Assembly (NCBI GenBank): GCA_964016885.1
Contig: OZ024742.1
Coordinates: 2,294,001 to 2,358,000 of the forward strand
Direction: 5' to 3'
DNA from: Eledone cirrhosa
Lineage: Eukaryota
Length of the DNA: 64,000 nt
The translations under genes and the position numbers were made by a program. The number at the start of each line of letters is the position of its first letter. The stretch's first letter is position 1. The notes beneath the pieces are model-generated. The model searched no databases. It had not been told where the DNA came from and saw only the letters and a program-made list of their open reading frames with translations. Of the stretch, positions 1 through 11,246 are shown one piece after another.

Positions 1-180
1 AATAACGCGCTTTCTAAAGCCGGTTATCCTGATAAAATCAAATATAGTAAAGAAACAAATTCTAGAAGATCTTACAGTAGAATAATTAATCATGATCATT
101 CCAATAACTTTAATAAAAGACCTAGATACAAAAACATAATCTGGTATAATGCTCCTTTCTCCATCTCTATTAATAATAAT

Positions 181-364
181 TGTTTCTACTTTAGGCACAA
201 GGCCAGCAATTACCCAGTGTATTACTGGTACTTTATTTTATCGACCCCGTAAGGATGAAAGGCAAAGTCAACCTCGGCGGGATTTGAACTCAGATCGTAA
301 AGGGACGTAACTATGCTGGAAAGCATGGCGTCCGACCCTCTACTGATACTGCCAATCCACCGCC
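181..364 (-). mobile_element. tRNA-derived SINE (family S1), full length, 16-bp TSD
   Basis: A-box-like TGGCAGTATCAG and B-box GAGTTCAAATCC on the minus strand. TSD CTCTATTAATAATAAT at 165-180 and 365-380. More than 10 related copies in the window. Confidence 0.93.
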
Positions 365-1630
365 CTCTATTAATAATAATATTCCTAAATTATTCTTTAG
401 TGCCTTAAATAAATGCTTCCCTCCCTCACATATCTATAGTAAAATATTTAACAAACACACTATAAAATTTTCCTATTCGACCTCCTCCAACATCTCCAAC
501 ATTATCTCTAAACACAACAATAAAATACTAAATACTAAATCTCTTCCTTCCAACACTGAATATCATAATAATAGTAATAGTACTCCCGACGTCATTGTTA
601 ACTCTAGGCTAATTTCTGCAAACCCAAATACAACGTCAAACGCAACTTCGTTAAATGTTCTTAATCCCAATCTAAATCAAGAAACTATTATTCCTATCGT
701 AAATAACTTCTCCAATCCAATTCCTTCTATAGATAACACTAGGTCACTTGTTAATAACTCTGTTAATTTCTCTAATCACAATTGTAATTGCCCTGTTAAA
801 AATAAATGTCCTCTCAACAACCATTGTCTTGAAAAAAACTTAATCTATGAATGTAAAGTTATAACTGACACCAATTCCTTTACCTATTTTGGCTCCACTT
901 CCACCCCCTTTAAAGATCGTCTTTATAATCATCATTCGTCTTTTAAATACCAACTTAAAAGAACCAACACGGCACTCTCAGAACTCATATGGTCCTTGAA
1001 AGACAAAAATATTAACTATAACATCTCTTGGAGGAAGGTTTGTTCTGCTTCTCCATACTTGAATGCCTCTCTATCCAAGACATGTAATCTCTGTTTATGT
1101 GAGAAATTTACCATTATATCTAATTTAGATTCTATAATAAATAGACGCACTGACTTGTTTTCTCTCTGCTTGCATAAATTCCACAGAACATTCGATAAAG
1201 TATACAGCTAATATCTAATACTTTACCAACTTAAAATCCTTTTTCTCAAAGGCTCATATATATACATATATATTTCTTTAAAAATATACCCATCTTTCTA
1301 CCTTATTTCAATGTTATTTATTATACATTATATAATACTAGTTACTTATTCTATATCACTCCTATTTATCACTTCCCTTTCTTCCTTTTTTCCTTTTTTC
1401 TTTTAATTTCTAACGTCTAATCTGTACCTTTTCTTCCTAGATACTTCTCAATTCTCATTATTACTCACCACAATATATCCACTCTTCCTTCCTCCATCCT
1501 ATCACTGGCCATACAATTTACTATTACCCTTTTAAATACCTTATAGTATCACCTTGAAAAATCCTTCGTAAACATAAACATTTTTTTGACGTTAGATTAT
1601 TCATCCTCAATTCATTATTTTTTTCTCCCT

Positions 1631-1737
1631 TCAAATCCCGCCGAGGTTGACTTTGCCTTTCATCCTTACGGGGTCGAAAAAATAAAGTACCAGTAATGCA
1701 CTGGGTATTTGCTGGCCTTGTGCCTAAAGTAGAAACA
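1631..1737 (+). mobile_element. SINE S1, 5'-truncated, ~18-bp TSD
   Basis: Same body as 181-364, flanked by ATTATTTTTTTCTCCCTT at 1614-1631 and 1738-1755. Confidence 0.9.
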
Positions 1738-2342
1738 ATTATTTTTTTCTCCCTTTCATGCTCATCTAACTTCTACATATTACACATATTCATCCACTCT
1801 TCTACTTCTTTTCACAATATATCCTTAATTACATTACTATTTTTATTTTTTTTTAATAATACATATCAACAATTTCTTTCCATCGCACATATTATTAAAC
1901 CCTTCAATATTCAAACCTTAACTTAATATTATCCTTAATACATATTAACAATTTCTTTTCATCGCACATATTATTAAACCCTTCAATATACAAACCTTAA
2001 TTTAACATTATTATTAAATTTTTCTCTTCGTTAATTTTCAAATTCTTTTAATTTATATATTATCTTCCAACGGTTTTTTAACCTCTCTCTGTAAAACAAT
2101 ATATTTTTCTCAGTTATAAAAGCTATCTCTCTCTCTCTATCACCCATCTCTCCTCCTATCTCATCCTTCCTTATTATACTCCTCCCCCTCCATTCTTTAC
2201 TCTCATCTCCTCCTCTTTTTCATCCTTTCCACCCCCCTCAATTTTTTTCCCAATATCACACATCAATCTAAAACTATTTTTCATATGTTGATTTAAAACT
2301 GCACTATTCACAAGTGTTTTTTAAACTTCATATCATGTCTCC

Positions 2343-2414
2343 ATATTTTATCTGACGAAAACGCAAATGTCATCGCATGATGATATTTATTTTTGAAATG
2401 CGCATAATAAAATA
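2343..2414 (+). ncRNA. Type I hammerhead ribozyme in PLE pLTR
   Basis: Stem I TATTTTAT/ATAAAATA; core CTGACGA; stem II AAATGTCATC-GCAT-GATGATATTT; GAAA; palindromic stem III TGCGCA; ATA cleavage triplet. Confidence 0.8.
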
Positions 2415-2468
2415 CATGGAAATCTTTTAACCATCTTTTGATCTTATATATATATATATATATATATA

Positions 2469-2610
2469 GGAAAATGTATGACCCCGACGGCAGAGCTCAA
2501 GCAGTTTCGACGGCTATTTCTAGTCTATTTAGTCTACACTACAACCCTAAGTATTGAGTACTCTGGTGCGTTATGGTTCATCTGGACCCTTACCACAACC
2601 CCTTCGTTAT
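2469..2610. mobile_element. PLE-like terminal fragment, family A (internally deleted fold-back)
   Basis: Shares CCCCGACGGCAGAGCTCAAGC..TTTCGACGGCTATTTC and AGTATTGAGTACTCTGGTGCGTTATGG with 3762, 17875 and 32212; flanked by (TA)n. Confidence 0.65.
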
Positions 2611-2627
2611 ATATATATATTTATATA

Positions 2628-3033
2628 GAGTAATCATAATAAATTTGAGGACTAAAATCCAAAGAGGGCTCGACAAGGATAAATATATATCAAATATATA
2701 AGAACCGTAGAGAAAATATTTATTAAAATAACAGATTAAAGTTTAAGCAAAGAATCGGTGCTTTCACCCTTAACAGGATCTTCTGAAATTAAAAAAGTCA
2801 TTCTGTGAAGGTAGAAGTAAATATTTCAAAAAATGTTGCAACCGGAGGAAGACAGGAAAACGATACTTTGCCAGGGAACGTTTCCACGAACCAAAGTACC
2901 GTCTTCCTGTCTTCCACCGGTTGCAACGTTTTTTTAAATATTTACTTCTGCGGTCTCAGATTGACTTTTTTAATTTCAGAAGATCCCGTTAAGGGTAAAA
3001 GCACCGATTCTTTGCTTAAACTTTAATCTGTTA

Positions 3034-3040
<7 letters not shown>
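2628..3040. mobile_element. Fold-back element, family B (palindrome ~2721-3040)
   Basis: ~150-bp inverted arms; second copy at 17563-17795; hammerhead-like CAGAAGA-TCCCGTTAAGGGT-(G)AAA; TA-flanked. Confidence 0.7.
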
Positions 3041-3114
<74 letters not shown>

Positions 3115-3203
3115 ATATGAATGTATCTATGTGTATATGTATGTATATATGTATGTATATATATATATGTATGTATATATGTATATATGTATGTATATAT
3201 ATT

Positions 3204-3726
3204 ATGTCGGGTCACTCTTGAGTGCTACTGGTAACATGTAACCCAGTACAACCTGTCGCATTGTCGGGTCGTCGGCGACTAAACCGGCGACCCCACCAAG
3301 TTTACTTGGTGAAGAGGGTGATTTTGGACACCTCGCAGTACAAAAAACAAAAGCTGACAAAGGGCGGAAGAACTCATAAGTGTCAACGGCCATCCGAAAG
3401 TGTGTAAATATGTATATACACATGTACCGCGCGGTTAAACCACTGGGAGTGAAGAGCCCCTAGCCTTTGTCAGGGCATTCTTCTATGAGAAGGCAACTCA
3501 GGAAACTGGGATAACTCCGATATAAAACCTGCGGCTCAGTAGTTACCGATGATGTTGATCTTTTCTTCCCTTCGGGTTATAGATACTGTCGCTCAGAGAG
3601 TGGGATTGGCTCAGTGCACAGTCTTTCCTCACTTATTTTCATGCACAGCCATTGCACGATAGAATTAGTTAATAATTATTAATAATGGTATATCGTGCAA
3701 TTGCCATACTCGATAACGAGGGGTCA

Positions 3727-3733
<7 letters not shown>
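3204..3733 (+). mobile_element. Non-coding interspersed repeat resembling an RTE-type 5' UTR / non-autonomous retroelement
   Basis: Homologous to 6660-7230 (minus) and 15490-15665; contains a GAGAAGG..GATATAAAACCT motif like RTE 5' UTRs; TA-flanked. Confidence 0.55.
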
Positions 3734-3761
<28 letters not shown>

Positions 3762-3765
<4 letters not shown>

Positions 3766-3947
3766 AACCAGTAAGACCCCGACAGCTGAGCTCAAACCGT
3801 TTCGACGGCTAATTCTGAATTAGCCGTCGAAACGGTTTGAGCTCAGCTGTCGGGGTCTTACTGGTTCCTATTACCCACTCTACTACCTCAAGTATTGAGT
3901 ACTTTGGTGCGTTATGGTCCACCTGGTTCCTTACCACATTTCCTTCG

Positions 3948-3950
<3 letters not shown>
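3762..3950 (+). mobile_element. Family A fold-back (perfect palindrome 3762-3870)
   Basis: TAGGAACCAG..GGCTAATTC-T-GAATTAGCC..CTGGTTCCTA, followed by the family A tail into (TA)n. Confidence 0.8.
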
Positions 3951-4008
<58 letters not shown>

Positions 4009-4311
4009 ATTAATACAGAATAATTAACACAATATTAAAACCATGTTTGTTATTCAAATTTCATCTTTGATTTCAATAATAGTTTCTATGGAGACATATA
4101 TATATATATATGTGTGTGTGCGTGTGTGTATTTGTGTGTGTGTGTGTGTGTGCGTGCGTGTGTGTGTGCGCGTGTGTGTATGTGTGTGTGTATTTGTTTG
4201 TATGTGTGTGTATGGTGTATGTGTGTGTATGTGTGTGTGTGTATGTGTGTATGTGTGTGTGTATGTGTGTGTGTGTATCTGTGTGTGTGTGTGTGTGTGT
4301 GTATATATAAC

Positions 4312-4515
4312 GGTTTAGTCAAGAAGTCAAAGATGCTATCCACGCAATGAAGTGGGCCTACAATGCTTGGCTTAGAGATAAGTCCTCCTTCTTGGCAAAA
4401 ATAATCTCAGGAAGGACAATAAAAGTTAAGACATGGGAGGACTTTGGGGTTAAACTGGAATCCGGCTCAGATCAGCAAATAAAGAATTCTGGTAAACCAT
4501 TCGCCGACTGATATG
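4312..4515 (+). pseudogene. Degenerate RTE-clade LINE ORF fragment (EN-RT linker)
   Basis: Translates SQEVKDAIHAMKWAYNAWLRDK..KTWEDFGVKLES, like the RTE linker pattern EVK.AI..KK.AY.AWL..WEEFG.KLE. Confidence 0.55.
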
Positions 4516-4804
4516 GTGTATTTTGATTAATTTAGGTTTGTTGTATCTATTTGCTGGGTAGGCTTATTTAAGTCAAAATTGTGTATATATATATATAAAC
4601 ATATATTGTTATACTTGGGGAGGGTCATATCTGTGTAATAATATTGCCCGAATTAATAACAGAACACACTCACTGTGTGGTTGGTTTTTGCTTCTGTGTC
4701 CTTTATATCGGTTAATTTAATTTATTCGGTCCTCAATGTTGCCATTGACTGACCGACGGTCAAAAATAATACAGATACAATATAGACACAAACACATATA
4801 TATA

Positions 4805-5372
4805 TAGTCTAACAAAGTTCTTTCGTTGCACATCTGCAACATCGTCAGTGGTGCTATTATGTTTCCTCCCGTTGCATTGTATGCCTACGCCATCTTTATT
4901 TAGTCTGTTTATTTATTTATTTGTTTATTTTATTGTCTTCTCTGCGCATACGTTTGCGTGTGTGTATAGTGTTTTGTTTGATGTGTGTTCGTGTTTGGGT
5001 GACTGTGTATTGGTTATTCTATTCTATCTTAGTTTACTAGTGTGTGTTTATATGTGTTTGTTGTTATTGTGCTTGTGTATGTATTTATTTATTTATTTAT
5101 TTATTTATACTTCTCTTAGGTCAGTGTTGTTTGTTTAGGTGTTGTTGTTATTCCATTCATTCTTTCTGTTTAACCTTGGCCTTCTAAGTTCTATTTCGCT
5201 GGCCTCTCCGATTTGCCTATCGGCTGGGTCATTTCTATGTTTAGATATTATTCTAATTTCTATGTTGTCTATGTTACCGTCGTGTTGTTCAGTACTATAC
5301 GAACACGCCAGACAACAACACGACGGTAACATAGACAACATAGAAGTTAAAATAATATCTAAACATAGAAAT
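4805..5372 (-). mobile_element. PLE fragment: GIY-YIG C-terminus, 3' UTR, hammerhead, with inverted 5' arm
   Basis: Minus frame HDGNIDNIEIRIISKHRNDPADRQIGEASEIELRRPRLNRKNEW fits the PLE endonuclease end (R.I.EA..I..P.LNRK.E). Inverted arms at 5231-5289 and 5312-5372. Confidence 0.75.
4808..4855 (-). ncRNA. Hammerhead ribozyme core
   Basis: Minus strand CTGACGA-T-GTTGCA-GATG-TGCAAC-GAAA-GAACTT; stems I and III are weak. Confidence 0.65.
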
Positions 5373-5451
5373 ATGTAAGAATATTTTAGAAACAGCGAGC
5401 GAGTTTGAAATTATTAGAAATGTAATCTATCGCCGTATTTTGACTAAAGAA

Positions 5452-5587
5452 ATTAAAGAAATTATTTAGCCTGATAGTGGGGTTAAGAACCCTCAGAGAA
5501 ATGGAAAAAGATGAGTATTGACGTACATACTCATCTTTTTCCATTTCTCAGAGGGTTCTTAACCCCACTATCAGGCTAAATAATTTC

Positions 5588-5592
<5 letters not shown>
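5452..5592. repeat. Near-perfect palindrome abutting (TA)n
   Basis: AAAGAAATTATTTAGCCTGATAG..GATGAGTA-loop-TACTCATC..CTATCAGGCTAAATAATTTCTTT. Confidence 0.85.
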
Positions 5593-5639
<47 letters not shown>

Positions 5640-6021
5640 AATTGAGTGAGCGTATGTATATGTAAACATATATATACGTGCTCCCCGTATGTTACGCGCC
5701 CTAAATCCTTTCGAATACAAAACTTTTGTATAAACATACACCAAACATATATAGGGGTATTTATTTATAAATAAAGATGAAAAGTAACAAAATAAAGAAA
5801 AGGGTGTCAATACACCCCCCCCCCCCCCCCACACACACACACGACTAACTGTTAAATAAGCGGAACTTCCTGGCATGAAATGTAGGAGTGTTTGTAGCCT
5901 CCTCCACATCCCTATAATGTTTATAGTAGCTATGATAAGGTGATACATAGGTAGATAAGTACACACACACACACTCACACACACACACATACACACCCAC
6001 ACACACACTCACATCCACACT

Positions 6022-6052
<31 letters not shown>

Positions 6053-6397
6053 ACACACACACACTCACACACACACACACTCACTCACATACACACACAC
6101 ATACACACACTCACACACACTCACACATATATATATATATATACATATATATGTGTGTGGAGAGAGAGAACTGTGTACCCACAACCCTCTCAGGAATAAG
6201 TGGGCGAAGAAGAAGAAGAAGAAGAAGAAGAAGAAGAAGAAGAAGAAGAAGAAGAAGAATATATATATAAGTTTATCCCGGGTTCAATCGGGGGTAACCA
6301 CAGTATATATATATATATATATATTCAGGTTTGAGGTTCACTACTGGATAGAGCTGGTCAATTCCGTTTGGTCAATCTTAATGTAATAATATGGAGA

Positions 6398-6435
<38 letters not shown>

Positions 6436-6541
6436 ACAGGGAGAAAGAGACGATTATTAGGAAGAAAAATATATTTTTTTCCTTTTTTATTTCTCTCTCT
6501 TTTTTCTGGGTTAGAAAATGATTAAAACGAAATGTATAAAC

Positions 6542-6632
<91 letters not shown>

Positions 6633-6659
6633 TATATCATATATAAGTATGTATATGTA

Positions 6660-7230
6660 CATGGTGGCTGCCCTAGAGAAACCCTACCGATGCGCTGAAC
6701 GAGTGTGACTTTTTAGTCCAGCCAGCGACTTGAAAACTCTGGTACAAACACTACACTTGTGACAATTATTGACACATAGTGCTGGGCCCATGGTACCATG
6801 TGACGACAAGTGCAGAGAGATCTCCAGATATAAAGCAATGCCTGTGCCGTGAAGCTTTTATAGTGAGTAAAGGCTCTGCACAAAGCCAGTCCCACTCTCT
6901 TAACCAAGATGATATTTACCAAAAAGAAGAACAAGTCAACATCATTGGATACCATCAGGGTTGCAGGTGTTATATCAAAGTTTTCCTTCTAGAATTCTGC
7001 CTTGACAAAGGCTAAGGGGTCATCTCTCCCGATGATTTTGGATGGCCATTGACTCTTAAGAGCTCCTTGGCCCTTTGACAGGTTTTGTTTTTAGTCCTGC
7101 AGGATGTCCAAAGTCACCCTCCTCACCAAGAAACCTTGGTAGGGTTGCCAGTTTAGTCGCCAACGGCCCGACCATGAGACAGGTTGTACTGGGATACATG
7201 TTAGCAGTAGCACCAACTGGTGACCTGACA
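6660..7230 (-). mobile_element. Second copy of the RTE-like non-coding repeat
   Basis: Reverse-complement similarity to 3204-3560. Confidence 0.55.
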
Positions 7231-7563
7231 TAAATACGTACATACATATATATATATACAGATGTACAGTAGTATGTATATATATACATACATGCACACA
7301 TATATATATGTACGTATGGATTTACCGAACATTTATTATAATACTCGGTTTGTTTGTAAACAAAAATCCCGAATTAAGCCGTACGGTGTTTAGCAACCAT
7401 CGTTGCCCTTTTGTTCAACACTGACAAAGTGACGATGTATGTATATATATATACATACTATTGTACGTCTGTATACATATATTTATGTACGTATACATAC
7501 TTATATTTAAGTAACAGCCGTACTAAGAGTGAGAAATGAAATTTCGTTTCATTTTTTTCATTT

Positions 7564-7603
<40 letters not shown>

Positions 7604-7861
7604 GAAAGGGGAGAGAAAAGATACACACAGAGATGGAGTGCGGGAATGAAGGGAAGGCTGGGAGGGGTAGAAGAAGGGGATCTCCGTCGAATACGATGAT
7701 AAGTGTTCCAGTTTTTTGCTCAACGAATCGGCTTGCTCTTGCAATTAACGTGCAAATGGCTGAACTTTTTATAGACATGTGTACCTTTAAGGGATCTGGG
7801 AGCACAATTGAGCGAGAAACAGTGTGTAACAAGACAGTCTGATTTACTGATACAACCGTAT

Positions 7862-7972
7862 TTTGTTTCAACTGAATGAACTGGTGTAATATTAAATAAA
7901 GTGTCTTGCTGAAGGACACACACAGTGTTCCGCCGAGAATCGATCTCACACACTTATGATTGTAAGCTGAGG
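7862..7972 (-). mobile_element. SINE fragment, second family
   Basis: GTGTCTTGCTGAAGGACAC core next to a B-box-like GAGATCGATTCTC on the minus strand; related core at 19190-19215. Confidence 0.5.
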
Positions 7973-8470
7973 ATTGATGGTATGAAGGAAGGAAGGAAGT
8001 AAAGGAAAGTGGGTGTAATGTTTCTGGGATTGAGTATTAAATCAACCAGCAGAAAAACCACCCGAAGGCTACATGTAGATATGATACGACATATAAAATC
8101 ATAATTCACAACATACACAGAAATTGAAGAGAGACTGTGTTACAGTCTCTTCTGTAATCAGTAACGTAATCCATGATACAATTAAAAAAGAAGATATATA
8201 TAAACTGCATTATGGCAAAATTTTATGAAAACGAAAAAGAAAATAGCAACGGAAATATAAAACTTATATAACGATACAAGTATGAACGTCTATATAAGCG
8301 ATATAATATAGAGTCCATTATATCATAACCGGAGGTATTGACATTTGAACCTTTTAAAAGAAGTGAATTTGGAAATAAGCAATAAAAATATTTATATTAT
8401 ATTTAATCAAGAGTTACGAAATTTAGTACCTAAATTATGTAATATTCATACATTAATTATTTATTCAAAG

Positions 8471-8656
8471 GGAGGTGGATTGGCTGTATCGGTAGAAGGT
8501 CGGACGCTATGCTTTGCAGCAAAGAGTTACGGCCCTTTATGGTCTGAGTTCGATTCCCGCCGAGGTTAAATTTGCCTTTCATCCTTACGGGGTCGATAAA
8601 ATAAAGTACCAGTAATGTACTGTAAAATTGCTGGCCTTGTGCCAAAAAGTAGAAAC
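8471..8656 (+). mobile_element. SINE S1, full length, 16-bp TSD
   Basis: TSD AATTATTTATTCAAAG at 8455-8470 and 8657-8672. Confidence 0.92.
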
Positions 8657-8809
8657 AATTATTTATTCAAAGTAATCCAACTTATTTTACAAACGGGATA
8701 AAAAAATATATTCAGGTCACAGTCCTGCACTCCTCCCTCTATATTATGCTTGTTTTAGTAAATCATTGGGACTTCGAAGTGGTTGCTAGAACTAATAGAA
8801 AAAAAAATG

Positions 8810-9012
8810 TTTTCTGATTTAGGCACAAGGCCAACAGTTTTGTTGGGAGAGGAAAGTTGATTAAATTGACCCCACCCCAATGCATTACTGGTACTTTATT
8901 TTATCGACCTCGTTAGGATGAAAGGCAAAGCTAACCTCGGCGGGATTTGAACTCAGAATGTAAAGGGACATAACTATGTAGCAAAGCATGTTATCCGATG
9001 CTCTACCGATTC
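8810..9012 (-). mobile_element. SINE S1, older subfamily
   Basis: Diverged copy with an extra GA-rich internal segment. Confidence 0.85.
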
Positions 9013-9150
9013 TTAGATATAATACCCTAACTCTTTAGACTAAGGTGCAACAATAGGGGAGAGAAAGATAAGAAGAAAGAGGGGGAGAAATGAGGGAATG
9101 AGGAAGGTATGAGGAGAAAGGATTGTATCAAAGAAAGGACTTATATTTTA

Positions 9151-10535
9151 CTGGCTACACTGTCTCAGGACCGTGGCCCTTCTGGAGCAGCGACCTCTGG
9201 CTACACTGTCTCAGGACCGTGGCCCTTCTGGAGCAGCGACCTCTGGCTACATTGCCTCAGGACCGTGGCCTTTCTGGAGCAGCGACCTCTGGCTACACTG
9301 TCTCAGGACCGTGGCCCTTCTGGAGCAGCGACCTCTGGCTACACTGTCTCAGGACCGTGGCCCTTCTGGAGCAGCGACCTCTGGCTACACTATCTCAGGA
9401 CCGTGGCCCTTCTGGAGCAGCGACCTCTGGCTACACTGTCTCAGGACCGTGGCCCTTCTGGAGCAGCGACCTCTGGCTACACTGCCTCAGGACCGTGGCC
9501 TTTCTGGAGCAGCGACCTCTGGCTACACTGTCTCAGGACCGTGGCCCTTCTGGAGCAGCGACCTCTGGCTACACTGTCTCAGGACCGTGGCCCTTCTGGA
9601 GCAGCAACCTCTGGCTACACTGTCTCAGGACCGTGGCCTTTCTGGAGCAGCAACCTCCTCTGGCTACAGTGTCTCAGGACCGTGGCCCTACTGGAGCATC
9701 GACCTCTGGCTACACTGTCTCAGGACCGTGGCCCTTCTGGAGCAGCGACCTCTGGCTTCACTGTCTCAGGACCGTGGCCCTTCTGGAGCAGCAACCTCTG
9801 GCTACACTGTCTCAGGACCGTGGCCCTTCTGGAGCAGCGACCTCTGGCTACACTGTCTCAGGACCGTGGCCTTTCTGGAGCAGCGACCTCTGGCTACAGT
9901 GTCTCAGGACCGTGGCCTTTCTGGAGCAGCGACCTCTGGCTTCACTGTCTCAGGACCGTGGCCTTTCTGGAGCAGCAACCTCTGGCTACACTGTCTCAGG
10001 ACCGTGGCCTTTCTGGAGCAGCGACCTCTGGCTACAGTGTCTCAGGACCGTGGCCTTTCTGGAGCAGCGACCTCTGGCTACACTGTCTCAGGACCGTGGC
10101 CTTTCTGGAGCAGCGACCTCTGGCTACACTGTCTCAGGACCGTGGCCTTTCTGGAGCAGCGACCTCTGGCTTCACTGTCTCAGGACCGTGGCCCTTCTGG
10201 AGCAGCAACCTCTGGCTACACTGTCTCAGGACCGTGGCCTTTCTGGAGCAGCGACCTCTGGCTACACTGCCTCAGGACCGTGGCCTTTCTGGAGCAGCGA
10301 CCTCTGGCTACACTGTCTCAGGACCGTGGCCTTTCTGGAGCAGCGACCTCTGGCTACACTGCCTCAGGACCGTGGCCTTTCTGGAGCAGCGACCTCTGGC
10401 TACACTGTCTCAGGACCGTGGCCCTTCTGGAGCAGCGACCTCTGGCTACACTGTCTCAGGACCGTGGCCCTTCTGGAGCAGCGACCTCTGGCTTCACTGT
10501 CTTAGGACCGTGGCCCTGCTGGAGCAGCGACCTCT
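9151..10535. repeat. 46-bp minisatellite, ~30 copies
   Basis: Unit CTGGCTACACTGTCTCAGGACCGTGGCCCTTCTGGAGCAGCGACCT, head-to-tail with no spacers. Confidence 0.97.
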
Positions 10536-10734
10536 CAGGAGTAGTGACTCAATCTGCTAGAAATAGCAGTCGAATCTACTTCAGGTTTCATCCATCATTA
10601 TCGTCTTAACAAAGGACACAACTGGGATCCCTGCACATAAGAACGTCTCGGCGGGAATGTCACGGCGGGAGTGCCTTTGGTTTTATAAAGGTCTATCCAA
10701 TGAAGATTGACTTCGAGGTTGGAATTAATAACAA

Positions 10735-10767
10735 CATCACCATCATCACCATCATCACCATCAGCAC

Positions 10768-10826
<59 letters not shown>

Positions 10827-10909
10827 CCATCATCATCATCAACATCATTATCAACATCACCATCATCATCATCACCATCATCCTTATCAACATCACCATC
10901 ATCATCATC

Positions 10910-10941
<32 letters not shown>

Positions 10942-10960
10942 CAGCAACAACAACAACATC
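10735..10960. repeat. (CAT)n microsatellite
   Basis: Seen directly in the sequence. Confidence 0.95.
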
Positions 10961-11162
10961 ACTAGTTATAAGGAAACAGAATTTGTTCATAGAAAGATAG
11001 AAAGAATCGAGACGAGAAAGAGAAAGAAAGCAAGAAGGAAGGAGGCTGATATTTACATAAAACTTAGTAACATAGAGGGAAGCCAGATTTCTCCCTGAAA
11101 GTGTAAAGATTTCAGCTTTTAAATTATCATTCATAAAATATACATGCAACCACACACACACA

Positions 11163-11219
<57 letters not shown>

Positions 11220-11246
11220 GGGTGTGTATGATTGTGTATAGAAGAT

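Larger units (their letters stand above)
1..2450 (+). mobile_element. Penelope-like retroelement (PLE) 3' part: RT-EN linker, GIY-YIG endonuclease, 3' UTR/pLTR with hammerhead
   Basis: Joining 1-180 to 381-1211 (SINE removed) gives one frame: KNIIWYNAPFS..KIFNKHTIKFSYST..NCNC..CPLNNHCLEKNLIYEC..TYFGSTSTPFKDRLYNHHSSF..TALSELIWSLK..CNLCLCEK..CLHK, typical PLE motifs. Ends in a hammerhead, then (TA)n. Confidence 0.9.

Noticed and set aside
181-364. SINE heads as tRNA genes
   Set aside because: A/B boxes are present but there is no cloverleaf; they are followed by a SINE body and TSDs.
9109-10609. Three 460-483 aa ORFs or a CRISPR-like array
   Set aside because: Head-to-tail 46-bp tandem repeat with no spacers and no cas genes in a eukaryotic context; the ORFs arise because the unit lacks stops.
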